The notes beneath the pieces are model-generated. The model saw only the letters and a program-made list of their open reading frames with translations. It was not told the origin of the DNA and did no database searches. A DNA stretch of 64,000 nucleotides. It comes from Malacoraja senta. Lineage: Eukaryota. Positions 37,977-51,381 of the stretch are shown here, piece by piece. How positions within the stretch are numbered: the first letter of the stretch is position 1; every line of letters starts with the position of its first letter. The stretch lies in NCBI GenBank assembly GCA_038087875.1, contig CM075979.1:86366001-86430000 (forward strand), in the 5' to 3' direction. The translations under genes and the position numbers were made by a program.

Positions 37977-38630
37977 CTTCGCGCTTTCAAAAACTCAGTC
38001 AACCGCCAAGCCATGGAAGCGCGAGACCCCCTCGCGGCCGGGGACCAATCAGGAAAGCCCTTCTCTCGCAATGGATGCCGGGCGGAAGGACCGGGTGACG
38101 GAGACATCTTGCTTCGTGAGGGAGGCCGGCCGGCCACCGCGAGGGACGCTGGGAGTGAGGTCGAGCGGCCCCAGTCTCTTTGCTCGCGGATTGTGGAGGA
38201 GCGAGGCAGTCTGGGAGAAAAAGTCGGCGAAAAAAAAAATTGACGTGGTGTCTGGAGGAGGGTTTACGTCAGGAGAAGCGCCCCTGTGTGTAAAAAAAAA
38301 CTGGTACTTAAAGAGGGACTGAGGAAGAAGGAGTCCGAAATATCTTAAATAGCATCGAGCGAAGCGCTTTGTTATTTGGCGGAGGCGATTCCAGCGACAG
38401 GTGAGTACGTGCCGTGGAGAACAACAGTGGGCGTCGCGTTTAACTGTCACCAAGGTGGAGGGTCGGTGTCTGCGGCTCCATGCCACGGGCAGTGGAGGGC
38501 TGAGGGCTTTGGCATCAAGTGGGGGATGTCTTCAAGTGTCAGCTCTTCCCTCATCGACGTGGACATTGCCTGCACGCCATTCCGATAGCCACATAAGGGA
38601 AGTTTTGCCGTGGAAGAGGCAATCGCGTGT
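37977..38630. promoter_or_regulatory. CpG island / bidirectional RAD52-ERC1 promoter
   Basis: Sharp GC and CpG enrichment between the divergent genes. CCAAT at 38045-38049, ETS-like CGGAAG at 38083-38088, and CRE-like TGACGT (38241) and TTACGTCA (about 38264). Confidence 0.8.
38140..38400 (+). other. ERC1: Probable non-coding first exon of ERC1 (start approximate)
   Basis: Strong donor CAG|gtgagt at 38400/38401 inside the CpG island. ERC1 coding begins in a later exon that has its own acceptor. Confidence 0.6.
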
Positions 38631-41600
38631 CGTTTTTCTGACTAATATTAATGTGCCTCACTTTTTCGGATTCCCGCTCCCCTCCCTGGTTTGTTTCTGA
38701 TGGGAAAATGTCATTAATGATATGAGTTGTCTTCAATAGGATGGAGATCGCACAATGGTTGTTCTGTTAGGTTGATGATCGAGGTAGGTGAGGTGGGTGA
38801 TGTCATTAACCACAAGAGTGAAAATTAAGTGATTTGTCTGAACCCCGTCATGAAGCTACTTCTGTTTATATAGCTTTCTAAACACCCACTGGCATTTAAC
38901 TAGAAAAGTAACAGGATTCTGGGAAAGATACTCGAAATATTTAGGTGGATTTTGCTTTTAAGAGATGGATGTGTAAAGGGAGATAGAACGGTTAGATTTC
39001 AAGAGGAAAGTTTAGTACTTTCGAAGCTGAAATGACAGATGGACAGGACGATGTTACATAGGTAATATTAGTGGTAGTAATAATGTTGGTGAATAATCAA
39101 AATCCAGAATTGAATGTAGTGGTCTTGTGAAAAGTTAGGTCTGGACAAGATGACAGAAATGGGAAAGGGTATGGCTATATTTGACGAGAAAACAAGAATT
39201 AGATTTTAAATTTGATTCGTTTTTTCATAAGGTTAGGATGTGATATATTTGAATACCATTTGAGTTTATGGAATTAGAAAAGGGAGGCGGGTCTGGCTTG
39301 TATTGGAATTGTGAACAATAGAGGTAAATGAGTGGATTAGGAGTGACATAAGGGGCCGGTTAATTTTGGAGGTCAAATTAGGGAATTGTGATGATTAAAT
39401 CTAAACCTTGTATAGTGGTCAAATTTAACACCAATGTTGTGAAAAATCTGGTTCATTGCAGTTAAGTGGATGAAATTGCTGTGAGCAGAATTTACTTTGG
39501 AAACAAAGGCATTGCTCTGGATCTTAATATTTTAGTGGAGGAAATTTCCAAGCATTGAATTCTTAAAATCAGATAAATAATAATAAGATGAATTAGTGGA
39601 GGGTTGAATGGATACAAAATTTTAACTTGCATAAGATTTAGAATCAGATTAGTTTAGTGTCATCTACATCAGGGTGCAGTGAAATTCCTTGTTTGTGTAA
39701 AGTTCAGAGGGAAAACAATATACATACTGTTGATACAACGATAAATACATGTGGAAATTGACATTATTAAAATATTATGCAGATGGAAAAAAATAGAAGG
39801 CAATTGAAGTTAGATAGTGAACATCAATGGTAACTGATTTAAAACACACATGGTAACTGGATGAAGTATTGAAGAAATTGAAAGGGTTTGGACAAAAAGG
39901 GGACCTGATGGAAAAGTGAATATGTTTGAGGATCAGATGTGATCTTATCAAATGACAGCAGACACAAAGGGCAATATTATTGAATCCTACTTTCTGTTTC
40001 TAATTTTAATAAGAATAGAATCAGGCAAGTGACATACAGCTTTGCTGGACAATTTTGTCAATGATAAGGAGAGTCACTTTATCATTGTCAACTTTGAGAT
40101 GGATTGTAATTTGATTTGTTATTGAAGTGAACATGGTGTGCTTGAGTGTTTTGAAGGTGTGTAATTTTTAAATATTCATGCAACTAATTTCTGTTGGGAT
40201 AATGGTGTGAATGGTAGCTATTAGTCACAGTAGTATGCCATTTACAATAATAATTACATCAAATCTATTCTGAAAGAAGACTAGAAATTGTCATCTGTGC
40301 AATTTATTAATACAACTTGAACAATTTTAATTGTCTGCTGGCTGATTAAAAAAAAAAAAAATCAATGTTAACGTTCCTTGGCCTTGTTCTCTATTGACTT
40401 GCAGTCTGACAGTATATAAATGTTAGTCAAAGACTAATTGGCTAACATCTGGGATTCTCCCTTTTTAAGATATCAACACTCGTGATTTCACCAAAGTATT
40501 TGTAGATTTCCACACAGTTCGTAAAACTCATGATGGCTGGTGATTGACAAATATTTGCTTCTGTTTCGTAGCAACAATTTTTTTTTTTTAAAGTGAATTT
40601 TAACTTTTAAGTCAAAGGTCACCAAATGCATTGAGTCTATCTTGCTCAGAACTGCTGAGTGGTGCCCATTGTAAAATCATGCACAGTTCATTAAGAAATA
40701 CAAATAAACCATATTCTTTGGGACACTTCTGAATATTCTTTAATTTTCTTTTTCTTTCTAATACTTTCATCTCCACTCCATTCCTTTCCGATGTATAATT
40801 CTATGACTAGCTATTGCATCAATGCCATATGAATGATTGTTGTTTGTCTTAAGTGCTGAACTGTATATTGAAAGATAATTTTATTACAGACAGTTACAAT
40901 TTAGCCACATCCTCAATGTCAATAGATCTGTTTCCAGCAACAATTACTGCATAGGAGTTTGAAATGGAAAACCTACACCAATTTCCATCTGTAATACTTT
41001 GATTGTTTAGCTACTTTAATTTGGCAAATGTTACTGGAAAAAGTCTGATGTTTTGCTTTAATTTTGCTTGAATATTTATAGGATGATCTTGCTTAGCCTA
41101 AAGTATTTTAAAGAAAAAAATCACGCTAAATTGACCAAGTTGTCCTGAATATATTGTCAATAGCCACATAATTTTAAAGCTTCATACAAAGATGACAGTT
41201 TAACTGTGGTTGTGATAAAACTTGAATAAAATAATGTAACTGCATTTTTTAGCTATTGAGGTTCTATTTCTATTAAAAAAAACAGAAAATGCAGGAAATA
41301 CCCAGAAGGTTTGTGGAAAGAGAAATAATGTTTCCAGTCAAAGACCATTTGTCAGAACTGTTCTAATGAAGGGTCTTCGACCTGAAATGTTAACTCTGTT
41401 TCTCTTCCCAGAGATGTGGCTTGATCTGAGCATTTCTGGTACTCTCTATTTTATTTTTCTGGCATCGCCAATTTTTATGATTTTCTGTTTCAAAAGGAGT
41501 GTGAAATATTGAAAAATGCTAAATAGCATTGGAGGTGTGCTTTGTTGATGAGAAATTGAGTTTTCTCTTTGTAATGTAGATTATTTTGTTTTTGCACAGA

Positions 41601-43509
41601 TTTGACTGAAATCAGATTATTGCATGCTTTGCACTTTAGGTAAAATTGAATTGCAAAGTTTCTGCTATGATGTGTTCTAACACCTAACATGCATAAGAAA
41701 TCAGATCTGAACCATGGCAGAACCTCCACGTAAGGGCATCGATACTTGTTGGTTTGGCTATTAAGTTAGTGGGGAAAATTACTGTGTTGCAGTTATGAGA
41801 ACTGCAGAGGTTTTCTCCGTTAAAGATAGTTATTTATATATAATGAGAATATCTGTTTGACAGAGATCTAGTGGGAACAATCCTTCTATCTCGATAAGAC
41901 TGAGGCAATATATCAGAAAATTAAGATTTTCAAAGCCTGTGGCCACTTGTTGATAGCTGAGCATCAGCCATGGACTCTTCCCAAGATCATTGTGATTGTG
42001 GAGGTGGTGTTCACAGTGATGCTTTTGCTTGGATTTTTTTGTATAGTGACAAGCTAATACATGCCATATTTTGCAATAGATCTGTTTCTTCTCAAATAGA
42101 GAGCAGTGGTCAGATAAGGCATAGATTTACCCTGGTATTAATTCTGAAAGGCACAGGCAGGAATAGGTTGCTCATGTGCTGGGCCTTATCTTCCCATTGT
42201 TTACAAAATTCACATCTGCAGTACTGAAAAAAATATCCCAATGTACTTCCTGGTTGCAACTGAAAATGCATTGCTTTGGTGCTTTTTTGTTTGGGACACG
42301 TACTTGATTGCTGTCATCTGTATATAATTGACTCTGGGCAAATAGTCGGCAATATCTGCAGTGTGGTGGGAATAACATCCTTGGCGGCACACAGAAAAGG
42401 TGTGAGTTTGTGTAAATACTGACAGGAAGGAATTGTTGGATTATGGTAATAGTCCATGTTGTTCACCGATATCTGCTTCCTTTACTTGGTCTCGCCGTAT
42501 CAATTTTATTGACTCTTCAATGCCCTCTAAAATGGCCAACAAGCCAATCAACTATATCAAACTACCTTGTAGAAATACAATAAGAATACTTGAATGAGCA
42601 CTTGACACCACCCAGGAATGGATTTGGAAGGGGAAAAGTCACCATGATCTCGATTGATCTTGCAAACGTTTGAAGGGTTATTTAAACTGAGAGCTATACT
42701 GCTGACTAGATCGGTAACGTTCCTGCATAATTGTATTTGCAGATTCATACCTTGCATCCAACATCACAGCATCCTCCATCACAAGATCTGGTACACACAG
42801 TCCTGCCAGATACTATGGCACAGTGGTGTCCGGGAACATTGTTGTGGGAATCCTCAGCATTGATACCAGCCACAGTCTTATGACAAAGAAAATTTCCTTC
42901 TGTAACTCAGCGGGACAGGCAACATCTCTGGAGAGTAGGAATGGGTGATGTCTCGACCCGAAATGTCACCCATTCCTTCTCCAGCATTTTGTGTCTACCT
43001 TTGATTTAAACCAGCATCTGCAGTTCTTTCCTACACAAATTTCCTTCTGCCTTCCTTTCTATTAAATATGCCCTTAATGAACAGCACTTAGAAAAAGCAC
43101 CAAGAGTAAGAAGAGCACAGAATGTAGTTTGGATTGGGATTTTTATTGTTTATCATTGCAAATGACCTGCAGCTCTATTAATTAATGGAATTGGCTAAAT
43201 TCTGAGTGACATAGCTGTCTTGGGCAGGTGGTGTAAGAGCCAAAACCTGGAATAGGCTTGCCCTTGTCTATCAACTTCTTATAAACTCGCCGTCCATGAT
43301 ATATGGAACAATGATTGTGACATATAATCATGGGGACCAATTGGACTATAGTGACTATTGAACCATAGGAAACCTAGTACTGGCCTTGCCTCTTGTCAAA
43401 ATGATTTTGTCCAGCTAATTGTAGAATTATGCTAATTGTAGAATTATGTCCTAATCCATGTTTTTCATCAGTATCAGTCCTAGCTACTGAATTTTTACCC
43501 CATGCAGTT

Positions 43510-44052
43510 TGGCCTACTTGCTCCTCCAACCTCATCTACTGTATCCGCTGTTCCAGGTGTCAACTTTTGTGCATCGGCGAGACCAAGCGCAGGCTCGGCG
43601 ATCGTTTTGCTGAACACCTCCACTCAGTCTGCCTTAACCTACCTGATCTCCTGGTTGCTCAGCATTTTAACTCCCCCTCCCATTCCAAATCTGACCTGTC
43701 TGTCCTGGGCCTCCTGCATTGTCAGAGTGAGGCCCAGCGCAACTTGGAGGAACAGCACCTCATATTTCGCTTGGGTAGCCTACACCCCAGTGGTATGAAC
43801 ATTAATTTCTTTAACTTCAAATAGCCCTTGCTTTCCCTCTCTCCCTCCTTCCCCTCCCATTCCCAGTCTTACTATCTCCAACTACATTCTGTCTTTGTCC
43901 CACCCACTCCCCTGACATCAGTCTGAAGAAGGGTCTCAACCCGAAATGTCGCCATTCCTTCTTGCCAGAGATGCTGCCTGTCCCGCTGAGTTACTCCAGC
44001 ATTTTGTGTCCACCTTCGATTAAAACCAGCATCAGCAGTTCTTTCCTACACT
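43510..44052 (+). mobile_element. Penelope-like 3' fragment (GIY-YIG + pLTR with hammerhead-like core at 43923-43950)
   Basis: [34 protein letters not shown]...GMNINF; CTGAAGAAGGGTCTCAACCCGAAATGTC. Confidence 0.88.
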
Positions 44053-45325
44053 ACTTGCTCAAACTGCTTTTCAGTTCTGGTTGCCCTGACTCGGACAGGT
44101 TTCTATTTTTTCCAATATTAATAAATTTGACCTGCTATTTCTTTTTGCAGATATTTCCCCATCCTCTTATCCATCTGTCTTTATTAATTTGCCGGATCTT
44201 GTCCCAACACATCATTCTTGATTAAATTTAAAACCAAACTGATTAGAAAGTGGTTTAGGACATATTGGAGATACTTGGCCTCTGACACATCATTTCTTAT
44301 ACAGCTGTTTATCTTTAAACCAATTCATTCACTTTAAATGCTTTGCTTATTCATGCTCCAAAAATTGAGCTTTTACTTTGAATTTTACACTGTTGCTTCC
44401 GAGGCCACTATGTAATTTATCCAAGTGACATCTAATTTCGAAATACAACTTATGCTAGAATTTATACTACTAGTATACCAAGAAAAATATATTCCCAGCA
44501 TCATGGAAAGAATGCCTGATTATAAATTGCATCTACTTAGTAGGTCTGGAGACTTTGAGACATTCATTGATTTAAGTACAGTTCTGGCCCATTTATCATC
44601 TTCAACAAGCAGGGCATACAACTCCTTTGTCTAAAATTTGTCATGATGGTTCCAATTCATGCATCAGTGGCTTTGGTTGATTGATCACGCATTCCAGTGT
44701 GGGTTTTGTATTAATTGTTGTTTGAAGGTTCTCTGAGATTTGCAGAAGGCACTTCTGTAATAATTTTCATGGCAAGGGTTAATCACAGTTTGAGGAGCTG
44801 CTTGATAGAAATAGGTGCCAATGAAAGAGATTTGGAGTAATTCTGTAGGTACAAGGGAGACTGCAGATTCTGGAATTAGAGTAAAAGGCAAACTGCTGGA
44901 GGAACTCAGCGAGTCGAGCAACATCTGTGGGAGAAATGAACAGTCAATATTTCGGTATGTGACCCTACAAGTGCAGTCCTGATGCAGATTCACAAGCCAA
45001 AAATGTTGATCAACCCCAAGACTCCTCCCCAGTTGCTGCTTGACCTGCTGAATTTTTCCAGCGATTTTTATTTGCAGGAGTAATTCCATACACGTAAAGC
45101 AGATATGTGTAACATGGGTTATGCTGTCCTGTGTACAGGGGCAGCTGCAAACCCATTTTTCTTCAATACAACTGAAATAGAGATGCTTTTTTGACAGGTC
45201 ATCATGTTGGCTCTCTCCACACTGCATGACTGAGTAGTTCCAGCACTTTCTTTTTACATTGTAAAAAGTTCAAATATTTATTTTCCTCCATGTGCCATTC
45301 TTATATAGCCAGCTTCTGCCTAATA

Positions 45326-45692
45326 CAGTGCCCTCCATAATGTTTGGAACAAAGACCCATCATTTATTTATTTGCCTCTGTACTCCACAATTTGAGATTT
45401 GTAATAGAAAAAAAATCACACGTGGTTAAAGTGCACATTGTCAGATTTTATTCAGTGCACATTGTCAGATTTTATTCAAGGCCATTTTTGTACATTTTGG
45501 TTTCACCATGTAGAAATTACAGCTGTATTTATACATAGTCCCCCCATTTCAGGGCACCGTAATGTTTGGGACATGTGGCTTCACAGGCGTTTGTAATTGC
45601 TCAGGTGTGTTTAATTGCCTCCTTAATGCAGGTATAAGAGAGGCAAATAAACAAATGATGGGTCTTTGTTCCAAACATTATGGAGGGCACTG
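45326..45692. mobile_element. Tc1/mariner-like non-autonomous element (54-bp TIRs, TA TSD)
   Basis: TA|CAGTGCCCTCCATAATGTTTGGAACAAAGACCCATCATT... and its reverse complement ending ...GGAGGGCACTG|TA, with one mismatch. Inner direct repeat at about 45551-45573. Confidence 0.9.
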
Positions 45693-46939
45693 TATATGAA
45701 ACTCTAACTTGTCATTAACATTGACAGTACTTTCTAAAGTTTTAGCTTGCTGGATTTTCTAATGCAGAAATTGCCAGAAATCTAGCACTTATCAGTGAAA
45801 TTGCCCAGCTGGTTAAGTAGCTAATTGATGTTTTGTTCTGCAATACAATACTTTAATTACTGGAGTGATTGTTGCTTGTTTTAATTGGTACAAAGTCCCA
45901 ATATTTTAATCTTTCGTTAATTGAAAAAGGGCATGCCAGAATAAATTGTCAACTATTTGTTTCACATCAGTTTTTCCAATTCAGTTTATAATTAATGCAC
46001 TAGTTTCAATGTAATATACCTTTAAGAATATAAAAGTATGATCTAAAAAAGGACGCAGATATTACTGGTAAGGCTATCCCCATCTTGGTTTATTAGAGTC
46101 TTTCTCATAAAGGTAATAGCATATTGCTATATGGTTTGAAGTTCCAGGATTTGGATCCAGTGATTATGAAGAAATATCAATATGTTGCATACTAAAGATG
46201 GTGTGTGAGTTGATGTAGTAGGGGGGACAGTGTGGGGGGGGGGGGGGGGAGATGGGAAGAAACCTAAACAGAATTGAATATTCTTGAAACACAAAGAAAG
46301 TCCTCAAGCAACTGAAAATGTTTGAGATTAAGTACTGCAGCAAATCCTGCGGCATTGTGGAAGGGGCTGGCTTCCAACAACCATTACAATCTTTTTGTGC
46401 TAATGTGATATAAACCATCGGAATCTTTTTGCTATGATGCCCAGTGATTCTAGGTTTATCAGGGCACCATGAAATCACTTGCTGAAGTAGGCCTTGATGG
46501 CAAGAACATCAATCACTTCTATTTGGGGCATCATAAATCTTAAGTGCTACTGTTAAGGTGTTGCCATGTTACAAAGTCTTAGTTTTCAGTGTGCTTGCGC
46601 ATTACGTGGTTTCAAGTAGTCTTGAGATGGGCTCCTGTGACAGTGGTAATCTCGGGAGGAAGCAGAGATGAATCAGCCACTTAATATTTGCAAATGCTTC
46701 AGCCTTGTCTTTGGCACGCACACTTTTCTCTGCTGTAATTGACGATGGGGATGGTCCTCCCCCTCCTGTTGGCTGTTTAATTGATTTGGTGTTCGCTGTC
46801 AACAGTAGCATTTTATTCCATGGCAGCCTGCAACATGACCTGGCATATTCTTAACTCTGTTACTAGCATGTCAGGATATCAAGTCTGGTTCAGTGAAGAG
46901 TGCAGAAAGAAGAGTGCAGTGAAGAGTGTTTGGAAATAA

Positions 46940-47213
46940 AGGGGCTGTCCCACTGCACGAGTTAATTCAAGAGCTCTCCCGAGTTTAAAAAAAAAAATTT
47001 GAACTCGTGGTAAGCACGTGGAATGTACGTTACGGGTACGTCGGAGCTCGTGACGTCTCTTAGCGGCTCGTGACGCTAACGGCAGGTACTTTGGAAACGC
47101 GGTAAGCTCGGGAAGACTCGTGAAGATTTTTCAACATGTTGAAAAATGTCCACGAGAGCCCCGAGTACCTACGAGCAGCTATTACCGTAAATCTCCGAGT
47201 TCGAATCAGGGGA
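46940..47213 (+). mobile_element. Harbinger-type MITE fragment (left TIR only)
   Basis: TAA|AGGGGCTGTCCCACT start shares the TIR core with 28289-29825; CpG-rich interior. Confidence 0.6.
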
Positions 47214-48317
47214 AATGAGGAAATGAGGAGGAAGAAGCTTCAAGAGTCGCCTTATGCACAATGATGGCACAAACCAATATGCAAATGCTAAGTTAAAGGC
47301 TGGATCATTTTTAATCCTCTTCAGTCAAAAAATGTAAATAATCATCTTGGCTACTTCTTGAGATCCCCATCAGAGAAACTACTCCAGTCAATTTGATTCA
47401 CAACACCAGCATCTATCTGCCATTTTCTTTAAAATCCTACCAAAGTAATCTAAAATCACTTGAAAGGGTGGAGGATCCTCTCAGATCTGATTGCCTGTTG
47501 AAATTTATCTCTGTTTTCTTTGGGGTGGCATGCAAATCGAGATTCTTTCCATTGAGTCCACATAGACTTAAAGATGCAGGTTATGAAATCCTGTGTGTTT
47601 GTTTCTGTACTTTAAATCTTTCTTGCTGAAACTTTGCAGCTTGCCTCAACCAGCCTAATCCACAAAACAGTCGAAGCTACGTTGCCTCCAGTTCTAGGGT
47701 TACATAAATCCTGGTTATCAAGTTGCTGTATGCATGTATGTGTGCACATTAAGAGAGCAATCTCCTAGCTAAAATAGAGCTGCCTCTTAGCAAAGACCCA
47801 CATTGATGATGAAATTCCCTGTCGTTTTGCATTTTGGTCATCTGAGAATGTTTGGAAATAAGACTTCTAATAGAGCTCCAGATCTACCCCTCGCATGTAT
47901 GCTTTAAGGACATGTGCTACCCACAGTAGATGCCTCAAAGCACTAGAAAGATAGTTTGCCAGACATTGCACGTTATTAAATCCCACAATCCCATGGCAGG
48001 ATAAGCAAATCAGTGTCACTATAGTTTCCCTTGATAACATGCTCAATCATCAAGACTTTAATTACACTCAACTAGCTCTGGTGATAGCCCACATTATTTG
48101 CATGACCAACACGAGGTTCGCATAACAAAAGTATCTAACATCAACAGTAGGATGCAAATAAATCTCTCTGACCAATAGCACTTTGGGAGTACTGTCACCA
48201 GATGGATTTGGGATCTTTTTAAATTCATTGTTGTTTCACGTTGGACATTCTGTGATCACCTGACCAACAGGGACAATTCTAACTTAATTCCTTATATGAG
48301 CTATAAATTTGCACTAA

Positions 48318-48700
48318 AGGGCCTGTCCCACTTGGATCATTTGAGCGTCATTTACGCGACATCCTAAAAATTGGTTGGAGCGTCGTGATGCGCGCGTGGT
48401 GGCGTATGCAGTAACGAGGTTCGCCCCAGGATTTTGGGATGCTCGAAATCCTCGCGCGCCACCTGCGTGACGTATCCCTTGCGCATGCTGACGTACTGAC
48501 GGCGTACGTGTAGTGCATGGCGACGCATGGTTACGCACGGTGACACATGAACATTGCCTATGATAATTTATTATGCGTCACCGTGCTTCAACGTCCCTAA
48601 CCATGCGCCGCCCGTACGGCGTCGGCGCGTCATTTGAGCACCACACCATGTGACCACCCGGATATAAAGCGCACGTAGTTTTGAAAAATGTTCACTACTC
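48318..48700 (+). mobile_element. Harbinger-type MITE fragment (left TIR only)
   Basis: TAA|AGGGCCTGTCCCACTT start; very CpG-rich interior unlike the flanks. Confidence 0.6.
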
Positions 48701-49207
48701 TAGATGAGGTTATGTTAGACGTGTGAAGATTACTTTTATAAAAACAATCATAAAGGATGATGACATATAATATTTAAAAGTTAGCCAATCGAATATTTTA
48801 TTATGAACTTGGGAAACTATGTAACATTTATTTCTTTAAAGCTGCTTTTAACATTTGTACTGATCTTTCCATTGTTCCATTGGAAGTAGAATGATTTGGC
48901 GGAGCCAATAAATGTTTGATGCCATTGCATGTGTGAAACTCAAATATAAAGTGCACTGTCCATTTATCAGATGGTAATTCCTGCCAAGTTCCAAGATTAG
49001 CAAAAATCTATTTGTTCAATTATACATTCCGCTATTGTATCGACACCTGCAGATCTTGACTTCACTCCTTTTTGAATATGTTTATGAGTATAAGGAACTG
49101 TTCATACCTCTTTTAACATACATTGGAATGGGCATGATGAATGATCAAATTGACCTGTTCCATTGACATAATGGTGACTTGGATGGTATTGCTTTTCATT
49201 ACTTATA

Positions 49208-49517
49208 GGGCAGCACGGTAGCGCAGTGGTAGAGTTGATGCCTTACAGCGCCGGAGACCTGGGTTAGATCCCGACTACGGGTGCTGTCTGTAGGCAGTTT
49301 GTACATTCTCCTCGTGACAGCGTGGGTTTTCTTAGATCTTTAGTTTTCTCCCACACTCCAAAGACGTACAGCTATCTAGGTTAATTGGCTTGGTGTATGT
49401 GTAAATTGTCCCTTGTGTGTGTAGGATAGTGTTAATGTGAGGGGATCGCTGGTCTGTGTTGACTCGGTGGACTGAAGGGCCTGTTGCCACACTGTATCTC
49501 TAAACTAACCAAAACTA
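49208..49517 (+). mobile_element. tRNA-derived V-SINE (HE1-like), near full length
   Basis: A box TAGCGCAGTGG, B box GGTTAGATCCC, V-domain gtttgtacattctcc..ttctcccacactccaaagacgt, and LINE-derived tail gaagggcctgt..ctaaactaa. Confidence 0.85.
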
Positions 49518-50210
49518 ATTACCTGATAACTGTAATGGACTGGTAAATGGCATGGTTATTTCAGCCTCATAATTAACATTGGCCGCTGCAGCCATGCAAA
49601 GCATATGGCAGTGGCCTTCATATTGACAATTCCAATGTGTTCGGCATATAGCTTGTTTGCAAAGTTTTTTCTTCATAATAATTGGAATAGCTACCAGTTA
49701 GCCTGTTGGTGCTGAGCTGCCTCTTCTCCCTTGCTGAAATTGTGTGGCAGTCCTTTAGCCTCCTGTGCACTTGCACTCTTATTCGTAGTTTGTTCCACTA
49801 TTTAGAGGCATAAGCACTCAATCTTGTTTAAATTTTCTTCCCCCAAAAAATGTATGTGATATAGATTTAATAACAAGTTAACAAAATTATTTTGCTTTTG
49901 GTATTTTTCCTTTTTTAATCTGGTCTGAGGGACCTTCGCAAAATACACTTTCTAAGTCTATGGTTGGCCTCCAGTTTGTTCATGCTGGAGAGAATAAAGT
50001 CTTATTCCACTGAAGAGAAACTCGTAAAGGAGCATTCAGACTGTTATAAATTATCTGACCATATGTCCTGCTTATGTAACTCAAATTAAATACGCCATAC
50101 ATCCTTTCCATTATCATTAGCTTTTTGACACATACTTTGATTTATTTTCAATCTCCAGATTTTGGTAATCTTGTGAACATGCTTCTGTAATAGCAATTAC
50201 TTCCAAGCCA

Positions 50211-50341
50211 TCACTCTACTCATTATATTTGTGCTTTGTGCATTCAAACAAGTATTAATTCTGATTTTATTATTTTTCACTCTACTCATTATATTTGTGC
50301 TTTGTGCATTCAAACAAGTATTAATTCTGATTTTATTATTT
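50211..50341. repeat. 66-bp tandem duplication
   Basis: Unit TCACTCTACTCATTATATTTGTGC...TTTTATTATTT starts at 50211 and again at 50277. Confidence 0.95.
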
Positions 50342-51381
50342 GCCTTTAATATGACATTTTTATTTGTTGCTTTGGCACATAGTTTTACACTCTTTATCAT
50401 TATACTGCACTATTACTTTGTCTTTTCACTTCAGATTTCTAAATTTTCCTTCCCTCAGGGCAATTTAGTTTAAAGCAATGAGTGTTTTCTTCTAAATCAG
50501 CCCAGATTTTGCAGGATAGGAATTGTTATTGGTATTATCCTTGGGGATATCAATTAACTTGAGCTGTCAAATTTATTTTTTCTAGTTTCAAAATGAATTG
50601 CAGGTGTAATCACATTAATCATTGGAAAAGGCTTTGACTTATTTTCAATGGATTTTCCAAGGTACTTCAAACACACCAATGAAATCAGTTAACTATTTTT
50701 CAGCAGTCCAGTGAAAAGATGTTTTTTTGTGGGGTTGCCAAGAATTTTCTCTCTTGCTTGGCTACAGAAACATGACAGACCAAATTTGGTACGTTGGAGA
50801 TATCGTTTTTTTAAAAATTTTTGTTTCCTTTTCTGAAAGCTCCATATTTCAACCCTGGTTAAGGTGCCCAGAATCAGGGATGTCTAATTTTATAAATAAT
50901 TAAATGTTGGGTTTTTAGGACTTTAACTGTCGGCTCATACATCACCGTATTGTTTTGATGCTCTTTGATTCCACAAAGAATTCCAGTAACTGCATGTATG
51001 ATATTCTAATGTTGGGAGATTCATCTGGCAATTAAAAAAAAAATAGCAGGTGTTCACATTTATCCCAATTTCCTTTCTTGATGTGATTTGTTTGGAATAT
51101 GCTTGGTATTTCTGCAGCAGTGGTAAAAAAATGAGCACTTGTTTTATGGTTGCTTAAAGTAACCAACTTGTAAGCTTTTACAGCCTGTGAAAGTGTATGT
51201 AAACTTTATTAATTCTTAAACTTTTGTTTTAAAATAGATTAAATTTCAATGGCCTGGCATGGACGTCATATCATATTTCAATAGAATGTGCTGAATCTGA
51301 CAAACTTGTAAAACTGAAGTCAAGCGGAGAGGATCTAGTTTTGTTTAATTGGTCAAGAACATATTTGAATTCTGTTCAGCT

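Noticed and set aside
37821-38736. Multiple overlapping ORFs at the CpG island
   Set aside because: Expected by chance in GC-rich promoter DNA; only 37920-37976 matches a known protein.
49208-49280. tRNA gene
   Set aside because: It is the tRNA-derived head of a V-SINE, continuing into the V-domain and LINE tail.
51349-51381. ORF-track N-terminal extension of ERC1 from a TTG start
   Set aside because: Homology begins at the ATG at 51382 (MHGS, human MYGS).
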